Below are positions 53,252 to 64,000 of a stretch of 64,000 bases of DNA, piece by piece (position 1 is the first letter of the stretch; every line of letters starts with the position of its first letter). The position numbers and the translations under genes were made by a program. The stretch is from Octopus vulgaris (lineage: Eukaryota): positions 65,968,001 through 66,032,000 of the forward strand of contig OX597830.1 of the NCBI GenBank assembly GCA_951406725.2, written 5' to 3'. The notes under the pieces were generated by a model. It saw only the letters and a list, made by a program, of their open reading frames with translations, ran no database searches and was not told where the DNA came from.

Positions 53252-53577
53252 AACATAATCAAAAGGGTAATAAATATGTGTGTGTGTGTGTGTGTGTGTG
53301 CACGTGTGTGTGTGTGTGTGTGTGTATGTGTGTGTGTTTGTGCGTGTGTGTGTAGGCGTAGCTGTGTGGTAAGATGTTAGTCTCCCAGCCATATGATACT
53401 AGGCTCAGTCCCATTGCATGCCACCTTGGGCATATGTCTTCTATTATATATATTGTTGTGTCTAGGAGAGAGTTATTGTTCCAATATAAAATATTTCATT
53501 CCTAATCGTTTCTCTAACCAAATATATTTTGTCAGGTTAACAATTATGGGTGAGATATTTAATTCACTCTCAAACCT

Positions 53578-53785
53578 ACTCTTTTACTTGTTTCAGTCAT
53601 TTGACTGAGGCCATGCTGGAGCACCGCCTTTTAGTCGAGCAAATCGACACCAGGACTTATTCTTTGTAAGCCTATCACTTATTCTATCGGTCTGTTTTGC
53701 CGAACCGCTAAGTTACGGGAACGTAAACACACCAGCATCGGTTGTCAAGTGATGTTGGGGGGGTGGACAAACACAGACACACAAG

Positions 53786-53845
<60 letters not shown>

Positions 53846-54010
53846 TACATACATATATTTTTTTTCTCTCCTTGTTTCTTTCTGTTGAAGAGCGTAGGCT
53901 CGAAACATAAAAGACTTGTTTTATTTATATTCCTGAGCGCCATACTAATACAATTGTTTGTTTGTATTCCACCTGCCTTCATTTTTTGTTTATTTTCATA
54001 AAGCTTCCCG

Positions 54011-54067
<57 letters not shown>

Positions 54068-54232
54068 TGCGACGGGCTTCTTTCAGTTTCCATCTACCAA
54101 ATCCACTCACAAGGCTTTGGTCAGCCCGAGGTTATAGTAGAAGGCACTTGCCCAAGGTGCCATGCAGTGGGACTGAACCCGGAACCATGTGGTTGGGAAG
54201 CAAACTACTTACCACACAGCCATTCCTATGCC
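53578..54232 (-). mobile_element. Family A SINE carrying a nested P2 element (53855-54012; hammerhead-like motif 53878-53913 on +)
   Basis: SINE halves flank cttt-CTGTTGA-agagc-gtag-gctc-GAAA-ca-TA-aaag within the SINE's internal CA/TA tract. Confidence 0.85.
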
Positions 54233-54819
54233 TATGTTTTTTTGTTTGTTTTTTTTTCTGCTTTTCGTATTTATTTCTTTTGTACTTGAGAGGTCATATA
54301 ATCTACCTATGACTGTTGAAAATCTTGTTTCATAAACACAGCATACTTCACAGTGTGCAGTACTCAACCATTTTAACCTATTTAACACCATCCTACATGA
54401 AACCAAATCTACTAAACTGTAGCCATATAAAACTAAAACTTAAATTAAAATCTTGATCAAATTCCCATGACATATTTACTATTATATAATTTCAATGTGT
54501 CTGCACTAGCATGATACATGTATACCAATACTAATATGAAAGGTCACAGATATTTTACTGATTATTCTGTCGTATGTTATGCTTATTTATTGACATTATT
54601 TTGAATGAATCATGCAAGATCTCGATGATGTGATCGTTTATTTTTAGGATATTGTTGAGTAGATGTTGGTTACTCAACTTGCTGGAAGTGGTGACCTGAA
54701 TCTTTGAGATCATATTTCTGTTCTTGTTAAAGGAAAATAAAGGAAGGGTTGGACTTCCTGTAATTATGTCTCTGTTTAGCCAAGACTAACTTCGGGGTTT
54801 GTCAACATTTTATATGCAT

Positions 54820-55470
54820 GACCGAGACCTTTGGAGATATGCTGTGCTTGAGAAGACCCAACAAGCCAAGTGAGACCATAGCCTGTGGCCTATCCCAGTG
54901 GGTGTAACCAGCCCACTTACGAGTACCTCGCATTCATTGGACGATAAACTTTACTTGCGAAGACCAATTGAGGCAAGTGAAATCAAAATCACTGATGTGG
55001 CCGATGACAGTACCACCTGATTGGCACTCGTGCCAGTGGAACGTTAAAAGCACATCCAAGCATGATCGTTGCCAGGACCACGCTCTGGCTCCTGTGCCAG
55101 TGGCACGTAAAAAAGCACCGTTCCAGTGTGATTGTTGCCAGTGTCACCTTACAGGCACATGTGCTGATGGCACATGAAAAACAATATTCAAGCATGGTCG
55201 TTGGCAGCACTGCCAGACTGGCTCCCATGCAGGTAGCATGTAAAAAACATCTTTTGAGCATGGTCATTCCCAAAACCGCCTGACTGGCCCTCATGCTGGT
55301 GGCACGTAAAAGCACCCACTACACACTCAGAGTGGTTAGTATTAGGAAGGGCATCCAGCTGTAGAAACTTTGCCAGGTCAGATTGAGCCTTGTGCAGCTT
55401 TCTGGGTAACCAGTCCTCAGTCAAACGGTCCAACCCATGCCAGCATGGAAAGTGGACGTTAAACAACGAC
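54820..55470 (+). mobile_element. RTE-like LINE end plus family C body
   Basis: Starts DRDLWRYAVLEKTQQAK* and continues through subrepeats to the Nin-like core and ggaaagtggacgttaaac tail. Confidence 0.75.
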
Positions 55471-56983
55471 ACACACATCTGTAGGTGTAGGTTTGGCTGT
55501 ATAGTTAAGAGGTTTGCTTCCCAACCACTTGCTTTTGGGTTTTGTCCCATTGTGTAGCACCTTGGGCAAGTATTTTTTAGTATAGCCCCATACCAGAAGA
55601 ATGAAAGGCAAAGTTAATCTACTGAAGTCAACTTCGCCTTCTATCCTTCTGGGAGCCAATATAATGGGGCCAATATAATCAACTAACCCCTTCCACCAAA
55701 TTTCTGGCTTGTGCCTCTGTTAGGAATTATTGGCTTCAAATTTTGGCACAAGAACAGCAATTTTCAAGAAGGGGTTAAGTCAATTGCATCAACCCCAGTG
55801 TTCAACTTCTACTTATTTTACACATCCCAAAATAAATTATTATTATCATTATCATTATTATTATTATAATTATTATTATTATTGATAATAAGGTAGCAAG
55901 CTGGTAGAATCATTCACATGTCAGACAAAATTACTTAGCAGCATTTATTGTGGCTCTTTATGGTCTAGGTTCAAATTCTATCAAGGCCAACAATAAGTTC
56001 CATTTGAGCACTGAGGTCGATGAAATTGACTTGCCCGCTCCTCCTTTAAAATTGCTGGCCTTGTGCCAAAATTTGTAATCCATTATTGTTGTTGTTGTTT
56101 GTTGTTCTGTTTGTAAAAACAAACAATAGGGATAAATATTCATTCTTTATTGATTAAAAGAATAACAACAACAGTAATGATTATGATTATAATGATTTCT
56201 TTTATTGGCCACAAAGGCTCAAGAGACTGAACTGAGGATAGAACAAGGAGGAAATACAGAAACAGTGTTTACATCAAACAAAAAGAAGGCAAAAAAACAA
56301 TCAACAAATGCAAAATAACATCTACAAGAAAAGGTTTCCAATAAAGGGGAAAATCCATCAAGGAAAATTTGTAAGAAAAATCTCACACAAAATTTCCATC
56401 TCCCAGTTCCTTGCATAATCAGAGGTGACCCTTTTAGCCTCATCAGTTCTGTTGTTCTCACCTATCTTTTGTAAAACAATATACTAGAAGGCATTCTCTC
56501 TCTCTCTCTTTCTCTCTCCCTCTCCCCTTTCTCTCTCCTCTCACCTCTCAACCTGCTCTTTAAGTGACACTTGAAGATGTTGATGGGGGCTTATCCAGTC
56601 CTCAACCCTTTTAACTACATCCTATTTCTTTACTACCCACAAGGGGCTAAACACAGAGAGGACAAAACTTTTAACTACATCCACCACATAACCTCCTTTG
56701 CCATATTTATCAAACACATGACTGGCTGCCATTCCTTACAAGAAAAGTGTGATGAGTTTGTTTTCAGGATAGCTAGATCTTATCCTACATGCAATTTCAG
56801 TTCTTTGATATGAGTCTATAAGTCAGCAATGCATAAACATTGAATAAACCTGTGCGTGTCGGTCTCATTGTTCCGTGTACACCTTAAACAGGTTTGGCTG
56901 CCGATACTGCAGAGCTTTTTCCAAATAGGCAAAGTAACTCTTTCACCCACAGCACTTTCAAATCTAAGACTTTTCAAAATTAA

Positions 56984-57204
56984 CCCTTAAGTGTTCGCAT
57001 TATTCTGCCAAAACTAATCCTTTTTGATCCACATTGCCTTGAACTAATCAGGCATTATCTTGTAGCTACGAGATTTTGATGAGGTAACTGTTAATTTTTA
57101 AAACGACATTGTAGGGTTAGTGTGAGAGATCAGATCTAGCCAGTTTGAACATAAAACAGGCAGAATACTTTTGGCCGGATATGGCCGGTTTAAAAGCTAA
57201 AGGG
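56984..57204. mobile_element. piggyBac-type (TTAA) MITE, second family
   Basis: TTAA-cccttaag...gctaaaggg-TTAA; related reverse remnant at about 35590-35898. Confidence 0.75.
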
Positions 57205-57597
57205 TTAACCATAATCTCCAAATTGAAAGTCCTTTATAAATGTTGCTCAGACTATTCTCTTCAGTACCCAGAATATGCCAGCTCGCCGTCTTGACTGACA
57301 TAAATATTTTCTCTTTCCTGATATGCATAAAGAGAAATATGGTCGTACACATAAACAGAGAGAATGAGAGGGAGAGAGAAACATTATGATTTATCAACTG
57401 AATATGATTAACACAAGCACTTTCCTTCTCCTCATACATATAAAGAGGGAGAGGATGAGAGAAACATTAAACTGTCTAATGTTAAATATCAGCATTGAAT
57501 TAGCAATGCCAAATAGGCAAGACCAAAATGGCTGTACCAAAATGACTGTCGCAAAGCATCATGCTCCCCTGCACCAGCTGTGGAGGCACATGGCTTG

Positions 57598-57820
57598 GTG
57601 GCAGAATCGTTAGCACGCCAGTTGAATTGCGTAGCCGTATTTCATCTGTAGTTACGTTGTGAGTTCAAATTCCGCCGAGGTTGACTTTGCCTTTCATCCT
57701 TTTGGGGTCGATAAATTAAGTACCAGTTACGCACTGGAGTCGATGTAATCGACTTAATACCTGTGTCTGTCCTTGTTTGTCCTTCCTGTGTTTAGCCCCT
57801 TGTGGGTAGTAGAGAAATAG
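57598..57820 (+). mobile_element. Family B SINE nested in the head of another tRNA SINE
   Basis: Host head ggaggcacatggcttggtgg resumes after 57820 as ggttaaggtattggactcatgatc. Confidence 0.85.
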
Positions 57821-58457
57821 GTTAAGGTATTGGACTCATGATCATAAGATTGTGGTTTCAGTTCCCAGGCCAAGTGATGCGTTGTGTCCTTGAGCAAGTC
57901 ACTTCATTTCATATTGCCCCAGTCCACTCAGCTGGCAAAAACGAGTAAAGATGAGTGTCCCATCCAAGTACAGAATATATATGCCAGGAAACCAGCCCTT
58001 GTGAATTGGCTTGACTCAAGGAGGTAACTTTACCTAACTTCACCATGTACCAGCTGTGGTTCATCGGGAATCAAAATATAGCATTTGTTGCCACATGGCA
58101 CCTCATCCACTTGGGCTTCTCAAACTACTTTCCTTGTGCCCCCCCACCACCACCACCACCAGCATACAATAACACAAGCAATGTAGTCTTCAGGTTTCCT
58201 ACCTGGAATGTTTAAAGGCCAATCTCACTACTTCATTTCATTTCATTGGCCGTGAAGGCCGTATACCGAGAGAGTAGCTTGCAGGCTGGATAAAAGACAT
58301 TAATGAAATGAGTGATGAAAAGAATGGTGTGAATGGGAGAAGGCAAAAGATGCCCACCAATCTTCTGCTTCCTTAAAACATTGTTCCTTTATTCAAAACA
58401 AAAAGCAAAAACAAAACAAGGTATTAAATCTCTTACCTCAGTTCTACAATTACGGAC

Positions 58458-59045
58458 TTAATAGTCCATTACAAATTGAGGTGCTGAGCCTCTTAAATAC
58501 AATAAACATTTAGGCACTAAAGCCTCTTTATTCTTCCTCCCGACCAGGCTGTATGCCTCCCGCAGGCAATGCTCCAGCTCCAGGTCGGGGCCCCAGAAGG
58601 CGAACCTAAACTGGTCCTTCGGGAAGGAGTCCAACATCCTGAACATATCGACTTCCGATCTGACTGCCATAGTCACCTGTAGTGGAGACCAATCCGGGTT
58701 TTCAGTCCAGAGCATGGGTTCCTCCCTCCTGCCCTCTAGCTTCCTTAAGAAGCTCTGTATTGCCCCTCCCTTATGGAAGACGATAACAAAATCATCTCTC
58801 ATCGCTCTGGGAGGAACCACAGTTTCCTCTGTCTGTGGCACACTTCCTACCAATCTCACTACTAGCCTGTCATCTGTGATACATCTTCTGTGCACCTCTT
58901 TTAACCAGTTGACTAGTTTCTGCACTACTTTGTAGTCCTCTGTCGCTATTTCTTTGCTTAGGCAAACGGATGCTGCTCTGTGGTTTTGTTTTGTTTTTTT
59001 TTTGTTTTTCGTTGGCATTTTTTTTAAATGCAAAAATGACTCCAT
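58458..59045 (-). CDS. Orphan 195-aa ORF, unknown function (host exon, TE ORF or viral remnant)
   Basis: Only long non-repetitive ORF; GC-richer than flanks; globular-looking composition; AATAAA about 65 nt after the stop; no family recognised. Confidence 0.4.
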   Translation of the reverse strand: MESFLHLKKMPTKNKKKTKQNHRAASVCLSKEIATEDYKVVQKLVNWLKEVHRRCITDDRLVVRLVGSVPQTEETVVPPRAMRDDFVIVFHKGGAIQSFLRKLEGRREEPMLWTENPDWSPLQVTMAVRSEVDMFRMLDSFPKDQFRFAFWGPDLELEHCLREAYSLVGRKNKEALVPKCLLYLRGSAPQFVMDY

Positions 59046-59399
59046 GCTCTAATTATCTTGTTAGCAAAAATTTCATCCTACAACTTCCTCTCTGCTTATG
59101 TATTTCCTCTGATTGCCAGCGTAATTACAGTAATTGTCGCCATTCCTTCATCTCTGACTTCCATTACAGAAAGACGTCTGTAATCTATGGGCAATAACAC
59201 AGACCAAACAATTATTCCTCTTGATGTACGTGTGTGTATGAGTGTGTGTTTATGCACAATCATGTATATGTATGCATGTTTATTGAAATATATATGTGTG
59301 TATACATATATCTATATCTCTCTCTATATATAATCAAAATAAGCAACAAGGATATCCAGAGGTAATGCAGTATGATCGTTTCATCTGAATCTCTCTCTC

Positions 59400-59723
59400 T
59401 CAGGACTTTTTCTTTGGAAGCCTAGTACTTATTTTATCGGTCTCTTTTGCCGAACCACTAGGTTATGGGGACGTAAGCACACCAGCATCGGTTGTCAAAG
59501 GATGTTGAGGGGACAAACACAGACACACAAACACATATATATACATATATACGACAGGCTTCTTTTAGTTTCCGTCTACCAAATCCACTCACAAGGCATT
59601 GGTCAGCCTGAGGCTATAGTAGAAGACACTTACCGAAGGTGCCATGCAGTGGGACTGAACTCGGAACCATGTGACACTTGCCGGTTGGTAAGCAAGCTAC
59701 TTACCACACAGCCACTCCTTCGC
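59400..59723 (-). mobile_element. Family A SINE (3'-truncated)
   Basis: Homology to 10910-11340. Confidence 0.88.
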
Positions 59724-61307
59724 CTATATAATGCAGAATATATTCGAAACAATGTGAATAAATATGCATAACAACTGACAAAGCAATCTGAACACTAAAG
59801 GATTCATTTGACAAGCAGGCTGTTCAAGGGATCAGCTCAACTGGAGCCCCTATTTTCATAACTGACTGAGTCCCAGCTTTTGTCCTTTAAGGGTGGATAA
59901 AACGAGCACCAATTGAGTACTGGGGGTCGATGTAACTGACTAGTGCCACTTTCCCAAAATTTCAGGCCTTGTGTTTATTATAGGAAGCATTATTCATGAC
60001 TCTATCTACTTTCAGTTTCATTGTCCTGCAAACAATTATTTCATGTTCTCTCAAACTTTCTAAAGTTTTGTGACATCAACGATATATTATTTTTCTATCC
60101 ATTTCTTTTTTTTTTTTTGCTCTCTCTCCATCTGTTTTATCACCTCATTCCTTACTGTAGAAGAGCATAAATGTCAAACTAATAATACACCTTGTTTGTT
60201 TTTCCCCTCACATATCTGTCTTTTTATTTTTGTTGTTGTTGTTGTACAATTTTGAACCACACACATCACTGTATCACTGTATTGCTCAGAGTATCAAATG
60301 CTGTTATACACTGCTGGTCACGATGCACTTTGAATTCTGTTTTCATAGCACCATTTTTTTCCATCTTGACCAAAACTACTTGACTAAATTGTCTTTCTAT
60401 CATTGTGGAGGCCTTCCAAGAGGCCTTTTTTAACCTCTTGGATACCACTTGGCAACTGCACAGGTCCACCTCTTCTATACATGCTTGTGTGTTTATAAGG
60501 ACAATGCTCATTCATAACCATGGAGGCACATAGCTTAGTGGTTAGGGTGTTGGACTCATGATTGTAAGATTGTGGTTTCGATTCCTGGACTAGCGATGCA
60601 TTGTGTTCTTGAGCAAAACACTTCATTTTATGCTACTGCATTCTACTCATGTGGCAAAAGTGAATAATCCTGCAAGGATGAAAGGCAAAGTCGACCTCGG
60701 TGGAATTTGAACTCAGAACGTAGTGGCAGACGAAATACTGCTAAGCATTTCGCCCAGCGTGCTAACATTTCTACCAGCTCGCTGCCTTTATTTCCAATAT
60801 TCTGTGAAAACACATCTAGCCATAAGGAAATATTGCCTTGCCTTAAAACAGGTTGGGGTTCATGACAGGAAGGGCATCTGGCAATAAAAAAACAAATCTG
60901 CCGCCATAAACTTTGTTCAACCAATGTAAGTCTGGAAAAGTGGACATTAAAAATGATGATGATGAGAAGGAAGACGATGATAATGGATGATGATGTTTGT
61001 TTTTGTGTTTTAGGAGATAATATTCAGTATATATATATCATATTGTATGGTTAAAAAAAAAAAAGACATATCAAAGATAAAAGATGAACAAAAAACAAGG
61101 CGATCAATTGTTGGAACATCTAGTTAATATTTCGATATTGTGATATCTAGTTAATATATTTAAACTAATTGAAATAGCTGCTCTTATCAAGCAATATTCT
61201 TTATAATGGTAGTAATCAATAGATAAAAATCAATTATCAAATTCTTCTCAATTTTTGACATGAATGCTTTTGATCTCCCCCTCGCTCCTTCCTAATATGT
61301 ATATTTT

Positions 61308-61405
61308 AATATATATACATATGTATGTATATGTGTGTGTGTGTGTATGTATTTATATATATATATGTGTGTGTATATATATATGTGTGTGTGTGTGTAT
61401 GTATT

Positions 61406-61454
<49 letters not shown>

Positions 61455-61483
61455 ATTTATATATATATGTGTGTGTGTGTATT

Positions 61484-61514
<31 letters not shown>

Positions 61515-61916
61515 ATGTATATATATATGTGTGTGTGTGTGTATGTATTTATATATATGTGTGTGTGTGTGTGTATGTATTTATATATATGTGTGTGTGT
61601 GTATTTATATATATATGTGTGTGTGTATGTATTTATATTTATTTAAATATATGTGTGTGTATATATATATATATATGTTTAAATATAAATACATACATAC
61701 ATATATATATATGTGTGTGTGTGTGTATGTATTTATATATATATATGTGTGTGTGTGTGTGTATGTATTTATATATATGTGTGTATGTGTGTGTATGTAT
61801 TTATATATGTGTGTGTGTGTGTGTATGTATTTATATATATATGTGTGTGTGTATGTATTTATATTTATTTAAATATGTGTGTGTATATATATATATATGT
61901 TTAAATATAAATACAC

Positions 61917-61956
<40 letters not shown>

Positions 61957-61957
61957 A

Positions 61958-61988
<31 letters not shown>

Positions 61989-61990
61989 AT
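61308..61990. repeat. Higher-order (TG)n/(TA)n compound microsatellite
   Basis: Repeated (tg)n-tatgtattta-(ta)n units. Confidence 0.95.
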
Positions 61991-62308
61991 GTTATATTTA
62001 CATGTGTGTGTGTTAATGGAAATGAATGGTTGTTCACTACACAATTTCAATATCTAAATATGTGGTGCTTCTACGTTATTTTCCTCTGTATTACTACAAT
62101 ATCTGTGTGATATGCTCACTAAGAATCCATAGGTCAGAAAAATATGCACTCATATCTTTCACAATAGAGTGGATATTCTAAATATTTACAGTATTAAATA
62201 TTCATTACAGCTGATCAGTTATAACTGCCAACTCTGACAAGTTCAGGGTTACATAATCACACTGTTATCAAACATTCTGTTCAACCTCTAGTGCAAAACC
62301 AATTGGTA

Positions 62309-62522
62309 AGAGAGCTGGCAGAAATGTTGGCATGCCGGGCGAAATGCTTAGTGGTATTTCATCTGAGTTCAAATTCCGCCGAGGTTGACTTTGCCTTTCG
62401 TCCTTTCGGGGTCGATAAATTAAGTACCAGTTATGCACTGGGGTCGATGTAATCGACTTAATCCCTTTGTCTGTCCTTGTTTGTCCCCTCTATGTTTAGC
62501 CCCTTGTGGGCAATAAAGAAAT
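62309..62522 (+). mobile_element. Family B SINE
   Basis: Conserved core and tail. Confidence 0.9.
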
Positions 62523-62644
62523 AAGATTGGCCATAATGGATATATAATGCTGTACACTTTGATTAATATATAAAAGATGTGTGTGCGCGCATGTGTGTAC
62601 ATATAAATATATTATTTCTTATATATATATATATATATATATAT

Positions 62645-63032
62645 ACTCTTTTACTTGTTTCAGTCATTTGACTGTGGCCATGCTGGAGCACCACCTTTAG
62701 TCGAGCAAATCAACCCCAGGACTTATTCTTTGTAAGCCTAGTACTTATTTTATCAATCTCTTTTTGCCGAACTGCTAAGTTATGGGAATGTAAACACACC
62801 AGCATTGGTTGTGAAGTGATGTTGGGGGCGGGGACAAGCACAGACACACACAAAGTATATATACATATATATACGACGGGCTTCTTTCAGTTTCCATCTA
62901 CCAAATTCACTCACAAGGCTTTGGTTGGCCTGAGACTATAGTAGACGACTCTTGCCCAAGGTGCCACGCAATGGGACTGAACCTGGAACCATGTGGTTGG
63001 TAAGCAAGCTACTTACCACACCGCTATTCCTG
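62645..63032 (-). mobile_element. Family A SINE
   Basis: Homology to 10910-11340. Confidence 0.9.
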
Positions 63033-63048
63033 TACGTCTCCACATTGA

Positions 63049-63055
<7 letters not shown>

Positions 63056-63093
<38 letters not shown>

Positions 63094-63462
63094 ATGTATG
63101 TATGTATGTATGTATGTATGTATGTATGTGTATGTATGTATGTATGTATGTATGTATGTGTATGTATGTATGTATATGTATGTATGTATGTGTATATATG
63201 TATGTATGTGTATGTATGTATGTATGTGTATGTATGTATGTATGTGTGTATGTATGTATGTATGTGTATATATGTATGTATGTATGTGTATATATGTATG
63301 TATGTATGTGTATATATGTATGTATGTATGTGTATGTATGTATGTATGTATGTATGTGTATGTATGTATGTATGTGTATGTATGTATGTATGTGTGTATA
63401 TATGTATGTATGTGTATATATGTATGTATGTGTGTATATATGTATGTATATGTATATATACA
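63056..63462. repeat. (TA)n then (TATG)n microsatellite
   Basis: Directly visible. Confidence 0.97.
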
Positions 63463-64000
63463 TATCTTTGTGTGTGTGTGATGTTGTGATAGGTACAGGC
63501 ATTGCTATAAGTGTAGGCACGTCTGATTGATTAAGAAGTTTGTGTTCAATCTTAATCTGTTGCACCTTGTGGATGTATCACCTGACGACCGCCTTTCATT
63601 GACCAATGCCTTGTTAATGAGATTTGGTAGGCGGAAGCTTTACAGCAGGATGTTGTGTGTGTGTGTGTGTGTGCGTGTGTACATGTGTGTGTGTTTGTGT
63701 GTTTGTTTCTGTACGTCTCCGCATTGACACCGATCAGGTGGCAGTGATGCTTCTGCCTGTCCCACATAACAACTCCCGCAGCTTTGCCTGTCTGACATGC
63801 AGCGAACACCGGAATAATGCACTTTACTTGGAAACATCCGAACTGTAGGATTTGCGTTTCACGAAGCTTTGTCCCGCTCGTGCCAAAACAGAAAACAGCA
63901 GATGTAACATGATGATGATGATGATGATGGTGATGATGACAACGTTGATGATGGTGGTGGTGGTGGTGGTAGTGGTGGTGGTGCTGGCAATTGTGATAGT

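Overview
AT-rich, microsatellite-saturated eukaryotic DNA with no identifiable host gene. The repeat families suggest a coleoid cephalopod, probably Octopus (inference). Most of the window is interspersed repeats: several tRNA-headed SINE families, 5'-truncated LINE 3' ends (CR1, RTE/BovB-like, RTE-X-like), two decayed mariner transposase remnants, TTAA (piggyBac-type) and TA (Tigger/pogo-type) MITEs, and one structurally complete non-autonomous Helitron. Nearly all entries in the ORF track are microsatellite or SINE artefacts. The most interesting signal is a set of short elements at or in (TA)n tracts that carry minimal hammerhead-ribozyme motifs (Penelope pLTR/retrozyme-like). One family consistently has a non-canonical CUGU(A/U)GA core. 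Many near-perfect fold-back hairpins occur in the same context. Other highlights: an RTE copy with a twin-priming-type 5' inversion and three C2H2 fingers, a Nin-like SINE domain sitting in an RTE 3' UTR, a CpG-retaining promoter-like zone near 28-32 kb, and an orphan 195-aa ORF at 58.5-59.0 kb. Repeat boundaries were read by eye and are approximate.
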